NCBI GenBank assembly: GCA_963822445.1 | Contig: CAWGHO010000003.1 | Coordinates: forward strand, 832,001-896,000 | Direction of reading: 5' to 3' | DNA length: 64,000 bases | Source of the DNA: an uncultured Acidobacteriota bacterium | Lineage (GTDB): Bacteria > Acidobacteriota > Thermoanaerobaculia > Gp7-AA8 | In this document: positions 32,341 through 41,565 of the stretch, in pieces | How positions within the stretch are numbered: position 1 is the first letter of the stretch | Layout: every line of letters begins with the position of its first letter | Translations under genes and position numbers: made by a program | Notes under the pieces: generated by a model | What the model was told of the DNA's origin: nothing | Databases searched by the model: none | The model's input: only the letters and a program-made list of their open reading frames with translations

Positions 32341-33588
32341 TTACTTCTTATCCACGTCCGCGATGAGCGCGTCCCCGGGCGTCTTCTCCTTCTGCAGTCT
32401 TGCCGCAACGGACTCGGCCTGCCGCATCACCCGCAGCACGTTGAGCCCGGCCAGTTTCTTGAGCTGCTGTTCGGTGTGGCCGCGGCGGAGGAGCTCGGTG
32501 AAGAGCTTCGGGTAGTCGGCGACGCTCTCCAGACCGATGGGGGTCGTGCTGATGCCGTCGAGATCGCCGCCGATGCCGACGTGGTCTTCGCCGGCGATCT
32601 TCATCACGTGCTCGATGTGATCGGCGACGTCATTGATGGTCGCGCGCGGCCGCACGTTCGCGGCGCGCCAGGCATCCAGCTCCGACTTCACCTTGTCCGG
32701 CTGGCCCTGGTAGGCCTCTTTCAGCCGCGCTTCCATCGCCTCGCGATCCGCTTCCCACGTGCGCACTTTTTCCGAAACGAAGGACGGCACGAAGGTGACC
32801 ATGACCACGCCGCCGTTCTGCTTTAGCCGCTGCAGAACGTCATCGGGGACGTTGCGCGCGTGATCGGTGATCGCCCGCGCCGAGGAGTGGGAAAAGATCA
32901 CCGGCGCGGCGGTGGAATCGAGCGCGTCATGCATCGTCTTCGGCGCCACGTGCGAGAGATCGACGAGCATGCCCAGCCGGTTCATCTCCCCGATGACCAG
33001 CTTGCCGAACGCGGTCAGGCCGTTGTGCTTCGGATTGTCGGTCGCCGAATCGGCCCAGTCGTTGTTCAGCGAATGGGTGAGGGTCATGTACCGCGCGCCG
33101 TTCGCGTAATGCTGTCGCAGCGCGCCGAGGGAGTTGTTGATCGAGTGGCCGCCCTCCATGCCGATCATCGAGGCGATCCTGCCGCTCTTGTGAAGGCGAA
33201 CCACATCGTCGGCGGTGAGGGCGAGCCCGAAAACATCCGGATACGCGGCGTTCATGCGATGCACGACGTCGATCTGCTCCATCGTCGCCTGCACCGCGTC
33301 CGCGCCTTTGAGCGTCGCCGGCACGTAGACGGACCAGAACTGGGCGCCGAGGAGGCCGGTGCGAAGGCGGGGGATGTCGGTGTGGAGCGGTTTGGCGAGC
33401 TTCGACTGGTCCTGGCGGAGGTCGATCTGCGCCAGCTGATTCTTCACGCGCTCCCGGTACTGCCAGGGCAGGTCGTTGTGCCCGTCGATGAGCGGAACGT
33501 CGCGCAGGATGCGCTCCACCCGCGGGTCGGTCTGCGCGAGGAGAGGCAGGGTGAGGACGAGAAGGGCGATGAACAGGGTGCGTCGCAT
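32341..33588 (-). CDS. Membrane dipeptidase (peptidase M19)
   Basis: IDGHNDLP, GMEGGH, TLTH, VDLSH, FSHS, H.RNV.D, GIGGDLDG; signal peptide. Confidence 0.95.
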   Translation of the reverse strand: MRRTLFIALLVLTLPLLAQTDPRVERILRDVPLIDGHNDLPWQYRERVKNQLAQIDLRQDQSKLAKPLHTDIPRLRTGLLGAQFWSVYVPATLKGADAVQATMEQIDVVHRMNAAYPDVFGLALTADDVVRLHKSGRIASMIGMEGGHSINNSLGALRQHYANGARYMTLTHSLNNDWADSATDNPKHNGLTAFGKLVIGEMNRLGMLVDLSHVAPKTMHDALDSTAAPVIFSHSSARAITDHARNVPDDVLQRLKQNGGVVMVTFVPSFVSEKVRTWEADREAMEARLKEAYQGQPDKVKSELDAWRAANVRPRATINDVADHIEHVMKIAGEDHVGIGGDLDGISTTPIGLESVADYPKLFTELLRRGHTEQQLKKLAGLNVLRVMRQAESVAARLQKEKTPGDALIADVDKK

Positions 33589-33614
33589 GTACGTGCATGT
33601 TAAAACGTCCGCCG

Positions 33615-34928
33615 ATGTCCCTCGCCTTCGGCCCCAAAGAAAGCCATCCCATGGTCGACGCCTTTCTCGCCCCGCGCGTGCCGCGGTGGACCGAGCTCAA
33701 TCGCGCCGTCGACGAGCGGGATGACATGCTCGACTTCGCGATCAAGCTCTTCGAGCACGACCGCGACGTCGCCATCTCCAATTACTTTCAGAACGGCTTC
33801 GAGCAGTTCGAGCTGGTGCGGCACATCGCCGGCTGGCGCGCGCACCCGAAGACGATGCTCGATTTCGCCAGCGGCTACGGGCGCCTGACGCGCTTCCTCG
33901 TGCACGAGCATCTCGCCGATGACGTGACCGTGTCCGACATCCTCGAAGGGGGGATGGAGTTTCAGGCCGCGCAGTTCGGGGTGAGGACGATCGTCTCGAC
34001 GACTCGCCCCGTGGATTTTCCGGCGACGGGAAAGTACGACCTGATCTTCGTCGCGTCGCTGTTCACCCATCTGCCGGAGGCCGCGTTCACGGCCTGGCTG
34101 CGCAAGCTGGCGGCGTTGCTCGAGCCGGAAGGGCTGCTCATCTTCAGCGTGCACGACGAATCGATCGCCCCGGTGGCTGTCGACGGCATCGCCTTTCACA
34201 GCTACAGCGAGAGCCGCGTGCTCGACGCGAATGAATACGGTTCGACCTGGGTCACGGAACAATACGTTCGCGATCAGGTCGCGGCGATCGATCCCGCCTT
34301 CGCCTGCGTGCGGTTGCCGCGCGCGCTCAGCGACTGGCAGGACGTGTACGTGATCTCGCCGCGGCCGATCGCCGATCCGAAGCCGCGCCGCGTGCCCAAA
34401 GGCTTTCTCGATCAGTTCGAGATGACCGACGAAGGCCTCCGCTTCGCCGGCTGGGCCACGGTCCTCGGCGACCCTGTCGATCGCATCGAAGTGCGCGTCG
34501 ACAACCAGCTCGTCGCCACGGCGCGCGAGTTCTACGACCGCGATGACGTCGCGGCCTGGCTGAAGATCGATGCGGCGAGGAAGTCGGGCTGGTCGTGCGA
34601 CGTGCCGCATCGCGCCATCCGCTCCTTCCGCTATCAGGTCGTGACCGTCTCGGCGTTCTCGCGCGAAGGCGTGGAGCGCATCCTCTTTCATGGTGTGATC
34701 GAGTCGCTCGCCGGCGTGATCGCCCGCGAGAAAACGAAACAGCGCGACGAGCAACTCGCCCAGCGGGATCTCGAGCTGGGCTCGCTGCGACACGATGTGA
34801 CCGTGGCCGCGCATCAACGCGACTCGCTCGCGCAGCAGATCGAGGCCATGCGTCAGAGCCGGTTCTGGAAGGCGCGCGAGCAGTGGTTCCGCGTCAAGCG
34901 CGCGGCCGGACTGACGGACGAGGCCTGA
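33615..34928 (+). CDS. Class I SAM methyltransferase with C-terminal beta domain and coiled coil
   Basis: LDFASGYGRLTR, YDLI...SLFTHL; G..D......GWA; heptad-like C-terminus ending SRFWKAR. Confidence 0.85.
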   Translation: MSLAFGPKESHPMVDAFLAPRVPRWTELNRAVDERDDMLDFAIKLFEHDRDVAISNYFQNGFEQFELVRHIAGWRAHPKTMLDFASGYGRLTRFLVHEHLADDVTVSDILEGGMEFQAAQFGVRTIVSTTRPVDFPATGKYDLIFVASLFTHLPEAAFTAWLRKLAALLEPEGLLIFSVHDESIAPVAVDGIAFHSYSESRVLDANEYGSTWVTEQYVRDQVAAIDPAFACVRLPRALSDWQDVYVISPRPIADPKPRRVPKGFLDQFEMTDEGLRFAGWATVLGDPVDRIEVRVDNQLVATAREFYDRDDVAAWLKIDAARKSGWSCDVPHRAIRSFRYQVVTVSAFSREGVERILFHGVIESLAGVIAREKTKQRDEQLAQRDLELGSLRHDVTVAAHQRDSLAQQIEAMRQSRFWKAREQWFRVKRAAGLTDEA

Positions 34929-37205
34929 TTGGCGCTCGTGCTCTATCTGGCCGTCACCGTCGGCATCGCCGCGCTCCTGCGGAGGCTGATTCCGCGAACC
35001 GCGGCGATCGTCCTCATCGCCATGCCGCTGGTCTTCACCGGGCCGGCGCTCTTCACCGGCCGCACGTATGCGCCGCTCGATCTTCTGTACATGTCCGAGC
35101 CGTTCGCCTCCGCGGCATCGGTGCAGGTGCGCAACTCCGTGCTCACCGACATCTCGCACCAGATCATCCCGTGGAACGTCGCCGTGCGCGACACGGTTCG
35201 CGCGGGCGCGTGGCCGCTCTGGAATCGCTTGATGCTTTCCGGCGATGTGCTCGCCGCCGCGGGGCAGCCGGCGCCGTACTACCCGGTCACGATTCTGGCG
35301 TGGCTGCTGCCGCTCGCGCATGCGCTCACGTTCGCGGCGGCGATGGGCTTCTTCATGGCCGGGCTCGGCGCGTATCTTTTCTTCCGAAAACTGGAGTCGA
35401 GCGAGCTGGCTTCGCTGTTCGGCGCCGCGGCGTGGATGTACGCAACCCCCGTCGTCTTCTACCTGGAATGGCCCCTCGGCACATCCCTGGCGCTCCTGCC
35501 GCTGGTTCTGTTCGGCGCGGAATGGCTGCTCGAGGACGCGATCCCCGGAGCGATCGCGCTGACCATCGCCCTGACCCTGCTCATTCTGGCCGGACATCCC
35601 GAGAGCGTCGTGCATGTAGTCGGTGCGTCGGCCGCGTATGCGCTGGTGCGGCTGATCATGAAGCGCGCGTGGAACGTGCGGACGATCCTCGCCGGCATTT
35701 GCGCCGGAATCGCGGCACTGGCACTCACCGCCATCTACCTTCTTCCGATTCAGGACGCGTTGCCGCAGACGGTCCAGTACACGTTCCGGCGCGAAGTGTT
35801 CGCGCGGATGGACCGCTCAGTGCCGTGGCGCGAAGCGGAAGCGCTGGCCGTGCGGACGCTCGTGCCCTTCGCGTACGGCCGGCTCGCGCACGACGTCGCC
35901 GATGAAGTGCCGATGCGCTACTGGCTTTCGGACAATGGATACGCCGGCTCGATCGTGCTCGCGCTGGCCGCATTCGCGATCGTCCGCTCGCGCCGCCGCG
36001 AGCGCTGGCTGTTTCTCGGCCTGGTCCTCTTCGGCCTGATGGCCGGCTCGGATGCGCCGGGTGTCTCTGAACTCCTGGCGCGATTGCCTCTTTTCAACAT
36101 CGCGTTGAACGAGCGCCTCATCGTCTTGTGCGCGTTCGGTCTCGTTGCGCTTGCGGTGCTGGGGATCGACGCACTGGATCGCTCGTTCTGGAAGATTGCC
36201 GTGGAAACGCTGGTCGTGCTGGCGATTCTCGTCGCAGCGCTCTGGCCCTCGATGCGCGCGGCGAATCTGAGCGAGGAGCTGCTCGCGACCAACGCCGCCT
36301 TCCTGCTCGTGCCGCTGGCGATCGTTCCGTTTCTTCGCACGCGCGTGCCGCTGATCATCGGTCTGCTGCTCGCACAGCGCTTTCTCGAGATGGGCGATTT
36401 CTGGCCGACTGTCGACCGCAGCCTGGCCACGCCGAAATTGCAGCTCGTCGAGCGCTTGCCGCGAACCGGCGAGCCGTATCGCGTCGTCGGCCACGGTCCA
36501 GTCCTTCCGCCGAACAGCTCGGCCTACTTCGGCCTCGAAGACGTGCGCGGCTATCAGGCCATGAACCTGACGTTCTTCCACGACACCTTCGGCCTCTGGA
36601 GCAAGGCACCGCCGGTCGGCGCGAACATCGTCGACGACCTCGGCGCGCCGTTCCTCTCGTTGATGAACGTTCGCTACGCCTTCGCGGCCGCGGACGCGAA
36701 ACTGCCCGCCGGCTGGAACGTGATCGGGCGCGAGAAGGGCTATCTCATCGCCGAAAACACACGCGCTCTGCCGCGCGCGTTCATTCCGAAGACGGTGATC
36801 TGCGGTGCCGACGCATTGCAGGCCATGACCGGCGAGACTGATTTCGCCGCGCGGGCCTGGCTTCGCGGGGACTGCGAGACGACGCCCTTCATCAACGGGA
36901 CCGGAAGCGTGCGCACGACGCGCAGGAAGCCTGGTCATCTCACGCTCGATATTCGGACGACCGCGCCGTCGTGGGTGGTGGTGACCGAGACCGCCTGGCG
37001 CGGGTGGCGGGCGGTCGATGGGAAAGGGAAGCGGTTGCCGCTTCGGCGCGCGAACCACGCGTTTCTTTCATTTCAGGTTCCGGCGGGGGAGAGTCGGGTC
37101 GAGTTGATTTATCGGCCGCGGTCGTTTGTGTGGGGGGCGGGGATTAGTGGGATGGCGTTGGTTGGGCTTTTGGTGTTCCTCGTACGGCGGGTGTCTCACT
37201 CTTAG
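34929..37205 (+). CDS. YfhO family membrane glycosyltransferase (GT-C)
   Basis: G.WPLWN....G..L.A..Q....YP, GHPE, many TM helices, D.RGY, ALPRAF, GWRA..DG...AN.AF. Confidence 0.85.
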   Translation: MALVLYLAVTVGIAALLRRLIPRTAAIVLIAMPLVFTGPALFTGRTYAPLDLLYMSEPFASAASVQVRNSVLTDISHQIIPWNVAVRDTVRAGAWPLWNRLMLSGDVLAAAGQPAPYYPVTILAWLLPLAHALTFAAAMGFFMAGLGAYLFFRKLESSELASLFGAAAWMYATPVVFYLEWPLGTSLALLPLVLFGAEWLLEDAIPGAIALTIALTLLILAGHPESVVHVVGASAAYALVRLIMKRAWNVRTILAGICAGIAALALTAIYLLPIQDALPQTVQYTFRREVFARMDRSVPWREAEALAVRTLVPFAYGRLAHDVADEVPMRYWLSDNGYAGSIVLALAAFAIVRSRRRERWLFLGLVLFGLMAGSDAPGVSELLARLPLFNIALNERLIVLCAFGLVALAVLGIDALDRSFWKIAVETLVVLAILVAALWPSMRAANLSEELLATNAAFLLVPLAIVPFLRTRVPLIIGLLLAQRFLEMGDFWPTVDRSLATPKLQLVERLPRTGEPYRVVGHGPVLPPNSSAYFGLEDVRGYQAMNLTFFHDTFGLWSKAPPVGANIVDDLGAPFLSLMNVRYAFAAADAKLPAGWNVIGREKGYLIAENTRALPRAFIPKTVICGADALQAMTGETDFAARAWLRGDCETTPFINGTGSVRTTRRKPGHLTLDIRTTAPSWVVVTETAWRGWRAVDGKGKRLPLRRANHAFLSFQVPAGESRVELIYRPRSFVWGAGISGMALVGLLVFLVRRVSHS

Positions 37206-37215
37206 AATGTCCGTT

Positions 37216-37635
37216 ATGCGTCACCTTTCGCTCTTCCTCATCCTTCTCGCGGCCGCCTGCTCCTCGACCCCCAATCCGTACCGGCCTACGGTGACGCTCG
37301 ATCAACTCAGCGCCATCAACTTTGCGGCGACCACGAGGGCGCCGTTCACGGTCGAGGTCCAGCTGACCAACCGGCACACCCAGCCGCTCACGTTGCGCCA
37401 CATGCGGATCGAGGGAGGCCTGAGCCAGCAGTACCGCGTGACGCCGGCCGACCAGTCGGTGCACGAGGTCATTCAGCCCAAGCAGACCTACACCCTCAGG
37501 CTGGTCATGAGCGCCTTTTCCCAGCAGGGGTTCATCCAGGACCCCGAGCCCCTGAACCTCCGCGGCTTCGTCAGCTACACCGTCGGCGAGCAGCAGTTCC
37601 GCGATCTGTACATCTTTCGGACGATGATGCAGTAA
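37216..37635 (+). CDS. Hypothetical lipoprotein
   Basis: MRHLSLFLILLAAAC lipobox; TAGAAT 7 nt upstream; beta-rich. Confidence 0.75.
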   Translation: MRHLSLFLILLAAACSSTPNPYRPTVTLDQLSAINFAATTRAPFTVEVQLTNRHTQPLTLRHMRIEGGLSQQYRVTPADQSVHEVIQPKQTYTLRLVMSAFSQQGFIQDPEPLNLRGFVSYTVGEQQFRDLYIFRTMMQ

Positions 37636-37668
37636 CCCCCGCGGCAAAACTCCGTATAGGTAGCCAGC

Positions 37669-38895
37669 ATGAAGCGTCGTACGAAAATCATCATTACTGT
37701 CATTGTCCTTCTCGCCATCGCCGGAATCACCTTCGCCTCCATCAAGGGGAAGAAGCAGGAAGGCACGCCGGTCACGTTCGGAAAGGTCGAGCGGGTGGAC
37801 CTCACCAGCAAGGTCTCCGCGAACGGCCACATCGATGCCAAGCGCAAAGTCGACCTCTCCGCGAACGTCATGGGGCAGATCGTGAACCTGGCCGTCCGGG
37901 AGGGGGACGTCGTCAAAAAGGGCGATTTCCTCCTGCAGATCGATCAGAAGCAGCTCGCCCACTCGGCCGAAGGGGCCGCCGCATCGATGCGGGCGCTCTT
38001 CTCCGATCGTGATGCTGCCCGCGCCAATCTGGCCGAGGCCCAGCGGATTCACGAGCGGGCCCGGAACAATTACGAGCAGAAGATCATCCCGCTCGCCGAG
38101 CTCGACCGGGCTCGGACCGCCCTCGAGTCCGCCCGCGCGGCACTCAGCAGCATCGAACAGCGCGTCGGCCAGGCCCGCGCCAACGTCGCCGCCGCCCAGG
38201 ACACGCTCTCGAAGACGACCATGAAAGCGCCGATGGCCGGCATCGTCACGGCCCTGCCCGTCGAGGAGGGCGAAGTCGCGGTGATCGGCACCATGAACAA
38301 CCCCGGCACGATCCTCCTCACCATCGCCGACATGAGCGTGGTCGAGGCGGTGATGGAAGTCGACGAGACGGACATCCCCGCGGTGAAGGTCGGGCAGAGC
38401 GCCACGGTCACGATCGACGCCTATCCGAACAAGACCTTCAAGGGCATCGTCACCGAAGTAGGGTCGAGCCCGATCACCCGCATGGGCACGGCCAGCGCCG
38501 AAGCGATCAACTTCGAGGTCAAGATCCAGATCGAAAATCCGCCCGAGGGTGTGCGCCCGGGATTCTCCGCCTCGGCGGACATCATCACCGGCACGCGCTC
38601 GAAGGCGCTGTCCATTCCGATCCAGGCCCTGGTCGTCCGCGAAAAGCCGAACGTCAAGCCGCCGACGGATGAAGAAGGCGTCTACCTGCACAAGGACGGC
38701 AAGGCGAAGTTCGTCCCCGTCACCACCGGTCTGACCGGCGACACGAACATCGAGATCGTGAAAGGCGTGGCCGACGGCGACCAGATCATCACCGGCCCGT
38801 TCCGCGCGCTGCGCGAGATCAAGGACGATACGAAGGTCCGCGAGCAGAAGGAAGAGAAGAAGGACAAGGACGCGGAGAAGGGCAAAGAGTCGTGA
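37669..38895 (+). CDS. Efflux periplasmic adaptor (MacA/HlyD family)
   Basis: N-terminal anchor; V.EGD.VKKGD.L, coiled hairpin, AP..G.V, VDETDI..VK.GQ, RPG.SA. Confidence 0.93.
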   Translation: MKRRTKIIITVIVLLAIAGITFASIKGKKQEGTPVTFGKVERVDLTSKVSANGHIDAKRKVDLSANVMGQIVNLAVREGDVVKKGDFLLQIDQKQLAHSAEGAAASMRALFSDRDAARANLAEAQRIHERARNNYEQKIIPLAELDRARTALESARAALSSIEQRVGQARANVAAAQDTLSKTTMKAPMAGIVTALPVEEGEVAVIGTMNNPGTILLTIADMSVVEAVMEVDETDIPAVKVGQSATVTIDAYPNKTFKGIVTEVGSSPITRMGTASAEAINFEVKIQIENPPEGVRPGFSASADIITGTRSKALSIPIQALVVREKPNVKPPTDEEGVYLHKDGKAKFVPVTTGLTGDTNIEIVKGVADGDQIITGPFRALREIKDDTKVREQKEEKKDKDAEKGKES

Positions 38896-38903
38896 CGTTG
38901 ACT

Positions 38904-39009
38904 GGTTGCTGAGTTGCTTGGTTGCTGGGTTGCTCGGTGCTGCGCCGAGAGCCGTGATTGCGCCCCAGCGAAGCACCCAGCAACCTAGCAACCCAGCAAC
39001 TCAGCAACC
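38904..39009. repeat. Inverted octamer tandem arrays (GGTTGCTG)x4 ... (CAGCAACC)x4
   Basis: Units at 38904-38935 and 38978-39009. Confidence 0.9.
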
Positions 39010-39015
39010 AACACA

Positions 39016-40227
39016 ATGGAGACTCTTCGCATCGCCGCCGGCGCCCTGCGCGCGCACAAGCTGCGCAGCTTTCTGACGCTTCTCGGCGTGATCATCGGGG
39101 TCATGACCGTGGTCACGGTCGTGTCGATCATCTCCGGGCTGAACAACTACATCGCCGAGAAGGTCTTCGATCTCAATCCGGACGTCTACGTCGTCTCCCA
39201 ATTCGGGATCATCACCAGCCGCGAGCAGTTCCTCGAAGCACTGAAGCGCAAGCCGATCACCTGGCGCGACTTCGAGATGGTTCGCGAGGGCTGCCAGACC
39301 TGCGCGGGGGTCGGTGTTTCCCACGGCCGCCGCGGCGCGATCAAGTTCGGGCCGGAGCGCGTCCCCGACATCCGCATCCGCGGCACCACGGCCAACATGG
39401 CCGAGATCAACAACATCGACGTCGAGGTGGGACGCTACTTCATTGACAGTGAAGAACACCGCTCCGCATTGGTCGTCGTGATCGGCTCGGACGTACGCGA
39501 CGCGCTGTTCGGAAAGCTCGATCCGATCGGCCGCATGATCCGCGTCGACAACAAGCCCATGCGCGTGATCGGACTGCTGCGCAAGCAGGGCACGGTCCTC
39601 GGCGAGAACCAGGACGACGTCGTCTACATCCCCGTCACCACGTGGCGCAAACAGTTCGGCGCCCGGAACAGCCTCGACCTCGTCATCCGCGCTCGCGGCG
39701 GTGTCGAAGGCATGGACAAGTCGCAGGACGAGGTGCGGGTGATGCTGCGCGGCGCGCGCAAGACCGCGTTCCGCTCCGATGATCCGTTCGGATACGTGAC
39801 TGCCGAAGTGCTGCAGAACCTCTGGAAGGGGATCTCCGCGGGGATGTTCTCGTTGATGATTTTCATCTCCGGCATCTCGCTCGTCGTCGGCGGCATCGTG
39901 ATCATGAACATCATGCTGGTCTCGGTCATCGAGCGGACCCGCGAGATCGGCGTCCGCCGCGCCCTCGGCGCAACCCGCGGCAACATCCGCAGACAGTTCC
40001 TCACCGAAGCGGTCTATCTCGCTCTTGGCGGCGGAATCATGGGAGTCGTGCTCGGCGCGACGATCGCCTTCATCATCGCGAAAGTCAGCCCGCTGCCGAC
40101 GCTGGTGCGTCCGATGACCGTCATCGCCGGCCTGGGCGTGTCCGTGCTGACCGGCGTCATCGCCGGAATCGTCCCGGCCATCCGCGCGTCGAAGCTGCCG
40201 CCGATCGATGCCCTGAGGTACGAATGA
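39016..40227 (+). CDS. ABC transporter permease (MacB/FtsX family)
   Basis: KLRSFLTLLGVIIGV, VGGIVIMNIMLVSV.ERTREIG.R.ALGA, P.DALRYE. Confidence 0.94.
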   Translation: METLRIAAGALRAHKLRSFLTLLGVIIGVMTVVTVVSIISGLNNYIAEKVFDLNPDVYVVSQFGIITSREQFLEALKRKPITWRDFEMVREGCQTCAGVGVSHGRRGAIKFGPERVPDIRIRGTTANMAEINNIDVEVGRYFIDSEEHRSALVVVIGSDVRDALFGKLDPIGRMIRVDNKPMRVIGLLRKQGTVLGENQDDVVYIPVTTWRKQFGARNSLDLVIRARGGVEGMDKSQDEVRVMLRGARKTAFRSDDPFGYVTAEVLQNLWKGISAGMFSLMIFISGISLVVGGIVIMNIMLVSVIERTREIGVRRALGATRGNIRRQFLTEAVYLALGGGIMGVVLGATIAFIIAKVSPLPTLVRPMTVIAGLGVSVLTGVIAGIVPAIRASKLPPIDALRYE

Positions 40228-41486
40228 TCGAGCTTCTCTTGCAAACGCGCGAGAACATCCGTTTCGCGACCGGCGCTCTGCTCTCGCACAAGCTCCGCTC
40301 GGCGCTGACGGTTCTGGGAATCGTGATCGGCGTGACCACGGTCATCGCCATGGTCTCGGTCATCGAAGGCTTCAACAACAGTGTCATCAGCAGCTTTCAA
40401 TCGTTCGGCGCGACGCTGGTGCAGTTCCAGAAGTTCGACGTGAACATGGGCCCGGGCCGTCGTGGTGAAGATCAGCGTCTGCGCAAGGAGCTGACCTACG
40501 AGGACGCGCTGGCCCTCAAGAAGCTTTGCCCGTCGATGGCGGCCGTGTCACCGGAGCGGTATTACTTTTCGCCCGACAACCGCGAGCCCGCTGCGGTCTA
40601 CGGCGGGGAAGAGGCATCGATCGACGAGTTCGCGGGGGTGAGCGAGGATTACCCGATCGCCAACAATCATCAGGTCGGCGAGGGACGGTTCATCAATGAA
40701 GGAGACGTCCGCCGCTCCGCGCCGGTGACGGTCCTCGGCTATGAGATCGCCAGGACTCTCTTTCCCCACTCCGACCCTCTGACGAAGGTCGTGGCCATCT
40801 CCGGCCGCAAGTACACGGTGATCGGAGTGATGGAGAAGCAGGGGCAGACGATGTTCGAGTCGACCGACCAGCACGTCTATCTCCCGATCACGCGGTTCGA
40901 CATCGATTACCCGCACGTGAAGCGGCAGCGCGGCGTGAACATCGCCACCGTGCCGCGCCACCCCGATCTGGTCAACAAGATCATCGAAGAGGGGACGACC
41001 GTGCTGCGCGCGCGCCGCAAGGTGCCGTTCAACAAGCCGAACGACTTCGGGATCATGACCCCGGACATGCTGATCAACAGCTTCAAGCAGATCACCGGCG
41101 GAATCGCGCTGGCCATGGTCTTCATCTCGTCGATTGCTCTTCTGGTCGGCGGAGTCGGCGTGATGAACATCATGCTCGTCTCGGTCACCGAGCGGACGCG
41201 CGAGATCGGCATCCGCAAAGCGATCGGCGCGGTGCGCCGCGACATCGTCCAGCAGTTCCTGACCGAGGCCATGACCCTCTCCGGAATCGGCGGCATCATC
41301 GGCGTCGCGCTGGGCCTGGCCATCGCCGCGATCGTGCGCGCCGTCAGCCCGCTCCCGACGACGACCCCTCTCTGGTCGATCATGGTCGGCCTCTTCGTGT
41401 CGATCTCGATCGGCCTGTTCTTCGGGATTTACCCGGCGTACAAAGCGGCCAGACTCGATCCCGTCGAGGCGCTGAGGTACGAGTAG
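40224..41486 (+). CDS. ABC transporter permease (MacB/FtsX family)
   Basis: KLRSALTVLGIVIGV, VGGVGVMNIMLVSVTERTREIG, DPVEALRYE; ATGA overlap. Confidence 0.94.
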   Translation: MIELLLQTRENIRFATGALLSHKLRSALTVLGIVIGVTTVIAMVSVIEGFNNSVISSFQSFGATLVQFQKFDVNMGPGRRGEDQRLRKELTYEDALALKKLCPSMAAVSPERYYFSPDNREPAAVYGGEEASIDEFAGVSEDYPIANNHQVGEGRFINEGDVRRSAPVTVLGYEIARTLFPHSDPLTKVVAISGRKYTVIGVMEKQGQTMFESTDQHVYLPITRFDIDYPHVKRQRGVNIATVPRHPDLVNKIIEEGTTVLRARRKVPFNKPNDFGIMTPDMLINSFKQITGGIALAMVFISSIALLVGGVGVMNIMLVSVTERTREIGIRKAIGAVRRDIVQQFLTEAMTLSGIGGIIGVALGLAIAAIVRAVSPLPTTTPLWSIMVGLFVSISIGLFFGIYPAYKAARLDPVEALRYE

Positions 41487-41559
41487 TTACGGGGTTGCGA
41501 GGTTTCGGGGTTTCGGGGTTTCACTTCCCCGCAACCTCGTAACCCCGTAACCTCGTAAC
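41486..41559. repeat. Inverted octamer tandem arrays (GTTDCGRG)x4 ... (CYCGYAAC)x4
   Basis: Units at 41486-41517 and 41528-41559. Confidence 0.9.
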
Positions 41560-41565
41560 GCCCCC

